Origin: Klebsormidium nitens
Taxonomy: Eukaryota; Plantae; Klebsormidiophyceae
Reading direction: 5' to 3'
Length of the DNA: 47,168 nt
Assembly (NCBI GenBank): GCA_000708835.1
Contig: DF237599.1
Coordinates: 1 to 47,168 of the forward strand
The notes below the pieces were generated by a model that saw nothing but the letters and a program-made list of their open reading frames with translations, was not told where the DNA came from and made no database searches. This document shows, in pieces, positions 23,101 to 35,547 of the stretch (its first letter is position 1; every line of letters begins with the position of its first letter). Made by a program: the position numbers and the translations under genes.

Positions 23101-24484
23101 GAAAGATGTCAGAAACTCGTGGAACTGAGCTTTGATCGTTCCTAATGCTTTTGCTGCGCAGGCTGCTGCGCGTGCGGTGCTGCACAGCGGGGATTCGGTC
23201 GCCTCTGGCCCCGCCCGCCTGACGGACCTGTTCAAGGCCAAGGTCGCCAAAGAGGCCGCCAACGACATCGACGGCTTCGAGGTCGTCGTCACAGGTGGGG
23301 CATGACACGTCACGGCCCGGGGCCAACTCCCTGTTAAACCGGGCAACCCATATTCTTGGAGCATTTGACACCTGACGTTGTAATGTGCATCTGAGAAATG
23401 ACCGTCAAAATGCGTTGCACACCGTCAACACGAAGGCCTGTCGACTCCTCTTCGTTTCCTTCTTGTCTCGATCTTCTGGCGGACACATGGCTACCACTCA
23501 TCCAAGTCAGCCTCGAGCGCGACTGCCCTTCGTGTTCGGCCAGCTCTGCTCTTGACCAATCTGTGGCAGCTCGCCGCTCTTCTCCTTCCTCCGTTCGAGG
23601 CCCCCTAGGCAGAACGGCTCGCTGACCATCGTGCAAACAAGTGCCTTTGCTCCAACTATCTGCTAGTGCCCCTCTTTCCCACCCATCTCAACTCATTTGT
23701 GGCCTCACTCCCCGCAGGCCACTCTCTGGGCGCGGCCCTTGCGACGATTGGGTCGTTCGTGGCGGCGCTGGAGCACCCGCATGTGCGCGTGCACTACTTC
23801 GGCTTCGGCAGCCCGCGCGTGGGCAACAGAGCGTTCGTGGAGGCGTTCCGCCGCGTCATCAGCGGCCACGCCGTGCACTTCGCCAACCGGAACGACATCG
23901 TGACCGGCATCCCCATCCCGCCGCTCTACATGCACGTCCTCGGCGGCCACATGCTCGACCAGGTGCGCGCCCGCCGCGCCCGCGTGTCCGCTCGCGGAAT
24001 TTATAGCTGGTGCACAGTGGAACATTTGCAGTAGTTTTTGCTCTTCCCGTCTCCTTTTAAAGATCATCTGCTGGCGGACAGCTCGGATGCGGGCTTGTCC
24101 GAACGAGGCATGTGCCGGTTGCGTCAGCTAGCGACGCCCTTCTTTCTACGTCGCAAGCTACGTCGCAAGCAGAGAGTCTACTTTCAAGCTACTCTGCATT
24201 TGGAACACCAATCGCAGCAGCAATCTTAGAAGGTATATATCAGGCCTAAAATTTAATTCATCTTTTGCGGCGGTGGCGTGCAGGCGGGCAGCAAGGTGAC
24301 CGCATCGGCGTTGCAGGACGAGACGGGCGGCCTGAGTTCGACGGCGCAGTGGTTCGCCAACTCGCTGCAGTTCGTGGGCTGGTTCCGGAAGCAGAAGGAC
24401 ACCGTCCTCTGGTCGCAGCACGACATGGGCCTCTACATCGCGCGCGTGCGCGCCCTGCTGCAGCAAGCCAAGGCCGGCAAGTGA
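20188..24484 (+). CDS. Class 3 lipase (Lipase_3 alpha/beta hydrolase), probable plastid transit peptide (~480 aa)
   Basis: Exons 20188-20450, 21010-21214, 21840-21995, 22451-22690, 23162-23294, 23718-23962, 24284-24484 join in frame (1443 nt). Motifs: CVFRGT, DMVADL, LHRGF, VVVTGHSLG (nucleophile), FGSPRVGN, NDIV (Asp), QHDMGLY (His). The Ala/Ser/Arg-rich N-terminus (MAGAACIASS..) is transit-peptide-like; exon 1 is less certain. Confidence 0.9.
22929..22970. repeat. 15-bp intronic tandem repeat, ~2.7 copies
   Basis: CCCTAAAGCATCGAA CCCTGAAGCATCGAA CCCTAAAGCATT. Confidence 0.85.
23058..23103. other. Perfect 21-bp inverted repeat (hairpin) in lipase intron 4
   Basis: TTCATTATTCCTGGATCATCA (23058-23078), 4-nt loop CTTT, TGATGATCCAGGAATAATGAA (23083-23103). 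Outer GAGTTTC/GAAACTC could extend the stem. Confidence 0.9.
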
Positions 24485-26037
24485 TATAAGCAGACGAGAC
24501 GAGTATTTATATGCCCCGGTAACCGCGATGCAAAGCGGAATGGCGCCTTCCGGACTGACACCGGACTGTGTTTGGAGTGTGTTTGCTGACAGCTGATATA
24601 TATACATGTGTGAGAATAGTTTCCATTTTGAGTGGGGTTTGGTCTACACAGTTAGAAATTAAGCGTGGGATTGAGCTGCTCTGAGCTAGGTTGAGACGCC
24701 GCTTGAAACTCAGCAATTCGAAACTTTACAGAGGATGCGCGCGTCGAAAGTTTTGTGTCTAACGCTGACAAAGGATGAGCGAGTCTTTGGGCGGAAGTTT
24801 GAAGCTTTCGATTGCAGAATTGAATACTTATATAGGATACTATACAAGAGTAATTTACATAGAATACTTGTTTGATAAATGCAAGGCGCTGACAACGCGG
24901 CCTCTAAATCTGTACAAATCCGAAATACCTTTGAGGGTCGAGCTAGAGGTGGTTAAACCCGGCACTTACTGCAGACCGTCACTCAAAGTATAAGGGAACG
25001 GTTTGAAGCTAGGGAAGCTAAGAAACGTTTGTCGATTTGTGATGCTTGGTGTGCTAATAAACCCCTACTGGGCATAAAGTCTTTAGCTGCACTCTGCTCG
25101 TGCGGCGGCCCCTTGTATCCGCTGCACGTCCCAAGCCGCTCGACCACTTTTAATCAGGCAAAATACACGATGCCACCGGTCACACCGAGCTTGGAGCCTT
25201 GGTTGACGTACGGAACACTTCCATAAGTTCATAAGTTCGCGACTCCATGAGCAGATTGCACGGCAGGATCCGAAGAAAGAATCGTTCCCAGGATTGAACT
25301 CCACTCTCCTAACGTGCACGCACCATGCCAGCACATCCAATGAAGGTTTCCCACATCCATTAGTAGCTGGAGTGCTCGCACTGTGCCCGCTGAGATGCGC
25401 CGCGCCGTGTTGCAGTGCCGTCAACCATGCACGCGCGCCAGGCCCACGAAAAGTCGAGGCTTGCCGCGACGCAAGCCGGATCTGAAACATCAGGGTTTGT
25501 AATTGTAGTCACTTGCATTCACATCTCGATCCTAGTTAGCTGCGAGAAAGCAAGAATGATTGCGCATTTGGATCGTAAGCGTCGTTTCCGCGGCCTTCCC
25601 TAATTTTGAAGCATGTGCGAACAGTTGATGCAAACCCAGTACGTAACCCGCAGTGAGGCCTGAGAATCGGTGCATCTTTAAGAGGTTGCTCGGCTGGAGA
25701 CCACGCTAAAGAACCTTTCAGCGAAAGCGTTACACCCATGATGCATCGGACTGTAGGGGAGAGGTCTGAGCAATGCGCTCAAAATGTGGCTTTGCTGAAC
25801 AGAAACGTCAAATTGATGCATGATGGCTGAACATAACGGCAAACCATGCCCAACGATGTTGTTCCGAAAGGCTTCCGTAGCACGGAAATAGCAAGGGCTA
25901 CTCGTCAGCAACGTCAGTAAAACACTCAATTTGTTGTGTTGCTTCAATCTACTCTTTGCTGAAACAAACTACTACTCTTCTGATAGGCAATCCTTCCACC
26001 CAATCTGTATACGCTTGTCTGGCGCCTGCCAGAGCCT

Positions 26038-28120
26038 TTAGCATTTCTGGCATTCAGGGTCCAAGCAAGGGTCAGGGCCCGTCGCGACGAGGCTGAAGAC
26101 GAGTTGGATGGAGCCGCCCGCCGTGTCGTTGCGCACCAGCTCGCTGCCGCCCAGCCCCACCGCAGTCACGACCTGGCTGCGCCCAACAAGACAGGCGCCA
26201 CGTGTCAGGGTTTGGAGGCGGAGTGTCACGGGGAGGGTCCTTGTTTGACGAATTGCAATCAAGTGCTTTTTAGAAGCCGTTTCCAGGGCTGCTTCGAAGG
26301 AAGCATTTTCTTTGGGTGTTGTACGTGTGGCCTCATCAGTTCCAATCATTGCGTTTCGTAATAGGGGATAGCAAAGTCTGGCACGGATGTTGGCGGCTTT
26401 GCTGCCACGCTGCTGAAGATAGCCCGTCACGGTGGCTTACTTGAGGGGGACTTGAACGGTGCTCGTTGCTGTCATCTCCAGCAGCCCTGGAGGCTGCACA
26501 GAAAGCGTGACGGAGGGGTTTAGAGATCGTGAGAACTCTTCAAAAGTGACGCCGTGTCAAACCTTTCCGAAGCCGCCTATCTCATCTAAGAGCACCATTA
26601 TGAAAGACCACACCTACCGAGGTAACGTTCTAAAAGGACCCGCTAAAGGAGGTTCTCGAACGACTATCGCCGGTCTGACAGGGAAGGTTGTTCAGAAAGC
26701 AGCAATTTGAGAGCCGTGAAGCGCAGAAAACGGCCCCCGCATATATATCGGACGGTTGGGCAGTTGCACGGAAAGCAGGCAGGCCGGCGTTACCCGGCGG
26801 CGCTCACCAGCGGTCGGAAGGTGCCGGTGATCTGCACGGCCGGCAGGGTGCCCCCGCTCTGGAACACGATGTTGATGCCGGACTCGTCGAAGGGCTTGCC
26901 GGTCAGCGACCCGTTGGCGCGCGCCACGTGGACCACGGTCCCGCTGTTGGGGGCCACCGTGTACGTGCCGTCCGTCTGGTTGATCGGGAACGTCGGCGCT
27001 GCGCAGAAGGGGCGGAAAATCTGGTTCTGAGACGGCCCCGTTTGTTACGAAGTTACTGACGCAAAGTTAGCTTTTCTTGCATATAGTTTTCAGCCTCAGA
27101 CAAAGCAAGTCCCCACGAACTTCAAGGCTCTGCAATCGTCAGCGTAGCAATCGCACTCGCCCAGCCAGCGATAAAGTTTGAGGTCGCCGCATGTATTTAC
27201 AGTTGGATGATGCGAAGTTGAGTCTGCGTGGTTGCTGCGCTCACTGGAGACGTTGAGGCTGGCCCCGCTGATGGTGAGCGACCCGATGTTGGTGCCGCGC
27301 GCCGTTGCACTGGCGGTGACTGTCGGGGGGGCGGTCATCAGACTGGTGCTGCCAATGGCGGCCTGCAACCAAGAGGGGGACGCAGCGGTCAGCAGCGGCA
27401 CACGTGTCCCCGCATTGTTTGCGGAAAGCGGATCAGCGGAAAGCGGAGATACGTGCAGTGTAGCGGATACAGAATCATCGCAAGCTGCCAGGCGCGGCAG
27501 AGTAAACGCCCGTTCGCTTGCAAGAAAGGGCACTCGTGACACGGGCTCCTATGCGGTCGGCTCCTGCTTCCTGATCAGCAAAAAAGCAGAGAGGAGCAGC
27601 TTGGATGGGGGGCTTCTGAGAGCTCACGTTGGTTGGGAGTCCTGGCACGAGCCCGCAGGCCAACACGTCCACGGTCAAAACGCCTGCAGTCAAAGATGGT
27701 TGTTGCCTCCGCCGATCACTCAGAAAATCTTGAGGGTGAAGGCAATTTGACCACCAATTAGAACTATTTCCACTGCCAATGGATTCTGACACTTGAAAGG
27801 TAAAAATCGGGGATCGATCCAAGAAAGGTCACTACCTGCATTTACCTGCGTTGCAATCGGACGTGAATAATCATTTGTCAAACATTGAGGCAGCGCTATT
27901 GTCTTCGCAAGACCCAGCAGAAAGTTCACTCACCCGTGACCTGCACAACCGGGGGATCAAAGGTGATGTCCAGAGCGTTCGCTCCCGCCAGGCGCGGGGT
28001 CGCCGTCGAGTTGGGGCCCGCCACCGTCAACGTCGTGGACTGCCCCGCCACGGGGGAGAAATCCCACAGAGCGAACACCAGGGAAAGTAACAGCAGAGAA
28101 GAGGAGGTAGCTCTCGCCAT
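26038..28120 (-). CDS. Secreted beta-strand-rich glycoprotein of unrecognised family, paralog A (~247 aa)
   Basis: Exons 28120-27934, 27683-27628, 27362-27245, 26998-26808, 26493-26441, 26176-26038 (phases 1,0,1,0,2; 744 nt). Signal peptide MARATSSSLLLLSLVFALWDFSPVAG; 5 N-glycosylation sequons; every exon is homologous to paralog B. Confidence 0.85.
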
Positions 28121-28846
28121 GGCTGAGAGGTGCACTAGCGACGCAATGAGAGCACGATAAGCGACTTAGTTGGAAAGCTGGTGCTGGATGCGCTCCTTGT
28201 AATTGGGACCCACTGACAGCGCGCAGGACAATGTTGTCTAAGGCGGAGGGCGCGCCGGCATATGTAGGACCTGGCTACGTGAGGTTTTTTGGAAGAACAG
28301 AAAGAAGGTGTGACATCTGATGCCAGCTTGGCAGGCCGGGGGCCGCCGGCTCAGAAGACGTTATATCAAGTGTTAGCAGTTCATCCTGGATGAACGCCAT
28401 CATATTATCGATAAGACGATTGTCTCGCTTGGGCAGCTTGGCAGAAAAGCGCACTCTTGCTGGCAAAATCGGTAACATGCATCTGCCAACTCTTTTGGGC
28501 GCGTTGCGCTTTCGTACAGTATCTGGTCACTCCCAGATTCGACCCGCTGCGCGTGCTTTCGAACGTCAATGCACGTCAATATGCGGGTGCGCATTCCCCT
28601 ATTGCCAGCTATGTTGCATCGCCGCTAAGGCCAGCTTGGCAAGGACACGTGTCATAGGGTGCGTTCATGCATTTTGATGCACGGGCAATGTCCCAGGGTC
28701 AAAGCTGGGCAGCAATCGAGACAACTGCAAAGCACCGGCGCGCTTCTTCTCTTATTTGCTCTCGATCAAACCCGGAAGAACAAGCATTGCAGATATCTCC
28801 TTTGCAAAGATTGAGAGGGGCCCTGTGATTCACTTTGCGTCCCGCC
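28121..28846. promoter_or_regulatory. Probable bidirectional promoter region between the two secreted-protein paralogs
   Basis: Only 726 bp separate the divergent ATGs at 28120 (-) and 28847 (+). This is positional inference; no specific element was identified. Confidence 0.45.
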
Positions 28847-31085
28847 ATGGCTGCCTTTCTGCGCGTGCTGGTGCTGTTGCTGGTGTGCGGTGCGTGCTGG
28901 AGCGGTGCGGCGGCGCAGGGCCCCGCCAACCTGACCCTGGTGCAGGCCAACTCGACGGCGACCGTGGAGCAGCAGGGGGCCGCCACGCTCAGCCTCAAGT
29001 TCACGCCGTCCACTGTGCAGCTGGCAGGTGGGATGGGAGCAGAAGCTCGAAGACAAGTCTAGAAGATTGCTTGCTTAACGGATGTTTGCTTTCCCTCATC
29101 CAATTTCAGGTTCATGAATGGTTAGCTCATGCTCGGACGGATTTTTACTTCCAAAGCTGTCTTTTTGCTTGTTGTAAGTGGTGGGTTTGCCGGAGAAGAC
29201 AGAGGAGCTTCTGGCCTGGGCGGGGACCCAGTCAATCAATGTTCAGTTCAGGCTTGAACGGCTTTTGTGCGGCGTTGCAGGGATTGTCGAGATCAACGCG
29301 ACTAGCTGCAGCGGAGCGGGACTGCCCGCAGATGTGAGCCCAGCTTACTTTCAGTCAAAAGCTTATAGACCCTGACAATGCAAGCTCAAAATATCATCCG
29401 AACTTTGTAGAAATTCAGGCTCCCTTGTTAAGAAAGGATAACAGCTTGTCGTAAGCCCGCATCAGTACACTATATTTCACGTGGCTTACCGATTTTGCAG
29501 CCTGCCAACTCTGAGATCAAAGTACAAATGTTCCTTTTAAAGTTGATTGTCGAAAGGAAGCGGGACGATATTCTGAAGTATGCAATGCACCAAGATGTTG
29601 TTCTGGCGCTGCCTTCCCTCCTCGTTGCTCTTCTCTGCCGCACTGCGCCGCTGTGCAGGTGGTGCTGCTGGGCACCAACATCAGCACTTTGCCCCCCAAC
29701 ATCAACATCAGCGCGAGCTCGCTGGGGTCCAACATTGGCAGCTTCTCCCTCACCAACCTCACGCTCAATATCTCCGGTGAGAGTTCTATCTTCGAAGCAG
29801 CTTCTCTGCAGAGCAGGACTAAAGGTGACATGAATCTATGGCGCCCATTGGAGTACCTGGCTTGAATTGACTTGTTTGTCGTAAATGGAGCTTGCAATTG
29901 CCCCTAAATCGATGGCTTGATCCTCAAAGTTTGGATGTGCTATCGCCCCTGTTCTTGTGCCCGGAATGACTTCGTCAACAGCTCTGTATCTCGTACAACA
30001 GCCAGAACGCTTGCCACATGTTTCCAATCACTTCTGAGCTTGAACTTGGTTTCTCGCTTTGTTTGCAGCTCTGAGCTTCCCGGTGAACCCATCCAACGGC
30101 AGCTTCCAGGTGGTGGTCAACACGGGGACGGCCCACGTGGACGCTCTCAACGGCACGCTGACCGGCAACCAGATCAACCAGATGGACGTCAGCCTGCAGT
30201 TTCAGAACCAGTCCGCCGTCGTCAACGGCTCCTTCGTCAAGACGGTGAGGGGTTTACGAAAGGTCTGTTACAGAGTGCAGTGGGCACTCCGTTCTGATCA
30301 CCTTGCTGTGGTGTTGTAAGATGTAGTAGAGGGCCCAAGTTCTGTAAACGATTTGCGGGCAAGCTTTCCACCTCTCCTCGGAACCACAAATTGTGGGCCT
30401 TATGAAATAAAGAAGGAAGCAGGACAGGGTCAGACGGGTGAAGTGATTGAAGCCGGGGTCGCAAATCAATTTGGGAACATCCTGAATCCAACATTTGCGT
30501 CCTCTCAACCTCTTTTCGTGAGTCGCCTGAAGCCATCGCTTCGGCTATCTCGTTTTTCCTTTTCCTCTTTTGGCTTTTCGTATCTGCTACTGGCTGGTTT
30601 GACTGACGCTGCTGTGATCGACTGCAGGCTGGTGGACTGGACATGAGGGCGTCGTCAGTCGTAACCATCCCTCTGAGGTGACCTCTCTGTGCCTGTCTGC
30701 CAAGACCTCAGAACTCGTCAAAGCACTGCTTGATGTTCGAGCCAGTTAGGGCAAACTGAAAACGCTGTGCTGGCCTGCTTCGGCGGATTAGTTGGCACTG
30801 TTTAACAGTCTCCTCGTCATCGCCTGCGGCTAATAATGAAGTACTGGGCCTGTCAAGTAAAAGATGCCAATATGCGGCCTTGAAAGACTCCGTTCAAATG
30901 GTGTTGTTCCGCTCTTTCTTTACGTTCCGTCCATCTTGCGCTGCCGTTGCAGTGAGATCGTGGATGCGGCAGGCTTCGGCGGCAACGCTCTGGTGACGAC
31001 CGCCACAGCCGGGGGGTCCATCCAGATTCCCATCAATCTTCTAGCCAGTGGCAACAACACGTGCGCCAACCCAACGCCGAGCTGA
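28847..31085 (+). CDS. Secreted beta-strand-rich glycoprotein of unrecognised family, paralog B (~236 aa)
   Basis: Exons 28847-29027, 29281-29333, 29659-29776, 30069-30244, 30628-30677, 30953-31085 (phases 1,0,1,0,2; 711 nt). Signal peptide MAAFLRVLVLLLVCGACWSGAAA; 12 N-X-S/T sequons; shares motifs with paralog A (NSTAT, GLP, PP, G(S/T)NIGS, FP(V/I)N, NG(T/S)LTG, TAGGSIQ). Confidence 0.87.
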
Positions 31086-34059
31086 GTGACACCAATGCAA
31101 CGTCTAGAAGAGGGGAAAGCTAGGATGCTTTCAGTGACAGGCGCACTCCGAGAATAGACAAAGAACACTTTCCTGTTCAATCTGACAAGTGACGATGAAA
31201 GGATTCACAAGTGGACGGCATACGCAGGCCGGCACGTCGCAAGGCCCGGGACAACCGGTTTGTCCATGATTACATCTTATGAACCGTGTTAGTCGAGGAT
31301 GGACTAGGCGCGGCCGGGCTTAACCCAGTCCTTGTTCCAGAGGGTGTGTTGGAAAGCTACTTGATCATGCATCCCGCCTAGAAAGCCACCGTGGACATTG
31401 TTTGCATGGTCGTCATCACGAAGAACACTTGTACCCTATTGCGTATCGCGTGCGGATGTCTGCATTATGATTGTAAGACCTACTTTTGCTGTCCTTTTTG
31501 TACTCGCCGAAGTTGGTCTTTCGTTTTGATTGATGTTAGCTTTGAGAGCTTTGAGCATTTCGTGCATTCTGGTCAGCACTTTTCAGGCAGTCGACGTTGA
31601 AATGATTGGACGTCTTTAAGTGCAAGGCGCGGTGCCTGGAAGATTGTGACTAGCCGTACACATGGGCCTCGATATACATAGGACAGGACGTCCTATCGCA
31701 ACTGGCGTTCTGCAGCAATTCAGTATATCCACATCGGCGAGGACCCAATCTACAGAGGTAGGGTTGATTGCAAGGGCCGGGGTTGAAATTGTGGGCGCCG
31801 AAGGTTACGGCCCATTGCATCCTGTTGAGCGGGATTCTGAGCTGCTTGCGTTGATGTTTTAATGGGCTGTTGACCAATTTGCCCAGTAGCCCAGGTGGGC
31901 CGTTCCACTTCGGTTGGTCTCTGTTCCTCCAGCAGTGAGTACCTCAGGCTTGAGGTACATTCCTAAGAAAGTTCAAGAACCGACGCTATGAGCTTTGCGT
32001 AGAACCTTTGACCTTTCACGCTCGGCCAGCTGCGCGTTATTCATATGCTATTTGGCCAGCATGATATCTAGCGACACACTTATTTGTCTATGGGGTTTTC
32101 TGCACTTCCGCTCCTCGAGGCTCGTGTCGAGTCTGCTTTTTGATGATCAACGGGCATCGGCCAGTCCTGCAAACAAGAGCCGCCTGTTTGACATCTTCTT
32201 ATATTGTGCCGCAATTGTGCAACAAGGTGCTGTACAGCGTTCAGCAATATTTCAACCATTATCGAGACACGGGCAGGAGAGCAAGCCGGCTTGGAAGGCC
32301 TGGTACTTACAGGTTCCTATGGCACAGGGCAATCAAGCTCACTCTACGATCCGCCACCGGCATCTGATCAAGTTCTATGGACCCATATATAAAGGGTTCG
32401 ATCTCGATGAAGGGTGGTGGTGAGAAGCGGGGACGTGAATAGTAGATCGAAAAAGAGCAGCCGTGACGTGCCAATCATAGGAGTTGCAGCCGCACTCCGT
32501 GTCGTTCTTCCAGGCATTCTTTGCGACCGAGAGCGGCTCATCGTAGACTGCTTCCAGCGTCGCTGCTCCCAGATTCACACCAGCCTGCAAATCGTGTCGA
32601 CTTGCCCAAGTCACGCCTGGTTCCAAGCTGCCAGGTACTCTTCCCGAGTTACATCCTTCAAGACTGCAGCTATCAAGATATCGGCTAGTAGCTCAAGCTC
32701 GGCCAGGCCAGTGCTGAAAGCCGTATTGAAAGGCTAGCCTATTAGTGGTCATCTGCTCCGTAGGGCCTCAAAGGTTCACCCGAAGTCACTATACTTCAAA
32801 GCTGTGCCTCTCGAATACCTGGTAGGGCTTCTTAATCCCTACGTACGAAGACCTCCGCTTCTCAGGACTCTTCACCAAGCTTATTCTGCAAATCTTGGCG
32901 GATCCCGGCCTACCAGGCCCGTAGCTTATAGGAGACCGCGTCTGAGATGCACTCTTCCCCTTCATTAAACGGCTGGCAACTTTTGGCATTTGATCGGAGC
33001 AATTGTCTTGGATTCCAAGTGGGCCTTTGAAAGAGCTAGCTAAATATAGGTCGGACTGGTCGGGCTCAGTATGATAGCCTGTCCATGCGTAGTCAGGACT
33101 TTCGCTTCCCAGGTGGTTTTCTAGCCCAGCAGCGGATTGCGCTGGGGGTGAAAACCCGGCGCCAACGGTCGAGCTGCGGAAAGCTGATCCTGATGTGCCG
33201 TTGCGCTCCAATGGACGAAATTGAGCTCATCTGAGCTGTTTTAGGCTCGTGATCATGCTTACAATCCGAAAACGAAAACGCAGCCACTCCAAGAGCTGCT
33301 TGCAGACTTGCTGAGTGGAGGCAAAACCGTCGTCCGAGATAATGTAGACACTCGGTTAGGGCCGACCGATCTGCTTCCGTTGCAAATATGTGGTTCTGGT
33401 TCAACTAGTGGGTCCGCGACCAAGCAGGACGGTCTGGTTGGGTTTCATTGATCAATGCTGGCAAGGATTAATTCACCGCATTCGGCTTCGCACTCAACAC
33501 TTCTCGTCGGAGGGTCACTGCACATCGTCGTCCCTGATCTTTGTTCCTCATGCTACTTGCTGGCCGGCTGCGGCGGCCAGCTGTGAATGATTACTAATCA
33601 TTCAGTTAAGTTATATATATAAGTTATGATTATAGTGCATCCTGTAATGACCTCTCAAACCTCAATTATTGAGGTCTGTACTATCCAACAGATTATCATC
33701 CAGTTTCTTGGCTTCAGTGCGGTTGCCAAGAGCGCCAGCGGTGCTTTCGTGCAGCATCAGTAGGGAAACGTGAGGGAGAACGAGTGTCAAATCATTAGCG
33801 ATTGAAGCTTTGTCGTGATGCGACTCCGCTGTATTGGTAATCGTCCTGTTTAAGTGTCAATTGCGTTACAAGACATGAGTTTCTCAGGGCGGGTGACACA
33901 ATTACAGTCCTCTATATGACCTGCAGCCCCTTGTAATCAACGGCACTGCCCATGCTTGCAATATGCTTGTCATGCACATGATGCATAAAGGCATTGACGA
34001 TGTTCACAACAATTGTGCTAAAAGAGAAAAGCTGTGCAATCCTTTCACACCTACAAACT

Positions 34060-35072
34060 CTACAAACGGATCACTTGGGTGCCTGACAAACTCTCTAGCA
34101 AAGATGTCACACTCTGCGGATCCAAGTACCCTCCTCCTACTGCTTCCTGCCCAAGGGCGACTTTCTGAACCTTCTTAAACTGCTTCACGTAGTACTCAAG
34201 GTTGATCGCTTGCCAATCAACAAGGGTGAGGGAGCAAAGCTCGGGGGCCTCCGCTGGGGTCGTTTGAAAACGGAAAAAAGGACTCGCCTTGAGCGCAAAG
34301 ACTTGCAGCCTAGGGGCAATGATCGTCACTAGAGTATCCCCTTTTGCATGAGACACAACCAGCTTCGTCAGGTTGGGGCTCCGTAGCTCTTGAAACTGAA
34401 TATCCACCCCTGCCAGCTCAAGTTCCTGCAAGGCCGGCATCAAGGGGAGAATCCTACCACATGTTAAGGTGAGTCCCCCCAACCTGAGTACTTTAAGCTG
34501 CTCCATACCTTGCAAACCCATGTTGATTGGGCATGGGTTTGTGACATTGGTGAGACGACGTACCGGGCCGTTTGCCTCTGACTGTTGCAATGATTGAACC
34601 TGCTCATAGCTCACAACGGTCAGGACCTCGAGCTGGGTGCAGGAGCTGAGAAGTCCAAATAGATCTGTCCAACCATCTGGTGACAGAGTGTTCCCTCGGA
34701 CCTCAAGCAGAAAACTGCAGAGCGAAATCTGGGCCTCTTTGAGCACCTTCACCAAACAAGCGAGCCCATCTCTGCAGTTTAGCAGGTAAAGGAACACGTC
34801 TGTAAGCCCTGTCGAATTGCAGTCCCGCATGAAAGTGCTCGTATCCTTGACCTTGGGAGAGTAACGGTCGTGGCAACGATTTCACACATGCACCTTGAGG
34901 TGCAAATCTGCCTGAAAAGCCTGTTCACCACCTTCAAACCTGCCACTTCCTTCATGAACTTATGTAGCGCTGGTACACTCGCAAATGCATGCTGATGTTG
35001 GCATGCTTTCCTTATTATTTTCTCGGTGAGCCCGACATCAAGCTCCTCAAAGAAGCATCTCCCGCCCGCCAT
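34060..35072 (-). CDS. F-box-like / leucine-rich repeat (RNI-like) protein
   Basis: N-terminal FFEELDVGLTEKIIRK..LKVVNRLFRQIC resembles a degenerate F-box. The downstream ORF 34830-34060 has LRR-like units (CTQLEVLTV, MEQLKVLRLGG, MPALQELELAG, SPNLTKLVV, APRLQVFAL, APELCSLTL). The two parts are in different frames; the join (short intron or frameshift near 34850-34930) is unresolved. Confidence 0.6.
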
Positions 35073-35547
35073 TGCGGCCCCACTGGCACTCACCACCGCA
35101 CCTTTGGCCCAACAGCTACCCACCAGAGCCGGCCTGAGAAAAGAGAGAGGCGCCTAGAAGAAAGGAGTTGCGTATACAATACCTAGATTGGAACAGACAA
35201 GCTGGGATGCGGATCCTTGACTCTCATTGGTTGCATTCAAGCAATCTGGATTCTGCACCCATTCTGTAACCGTCAAAATCATTTCTTCAGCCTCTGCACG
35301 GCTCTGTTTGAGTCCAGTTCACAGTTTCAGTTCAGTGTGCACGTCTTTCTGAAGAGCACTGCGAGTGCACGGAAGCAGTCACAAGCAGCACTGGCTTTGA
35401 GGATCTTCAATCGACGGTCGTCCAGTGCCCACCTGTCTCTGAATGGGCCCTAGTATGTTTGATCGTAGGGACGTCAGGTAGGGTCTCCGGCGGCCTGGAT
35501 ATGCGAGGATGATCCCCCTCATCAGAAATTTGACCCCCCGAAGAAAA

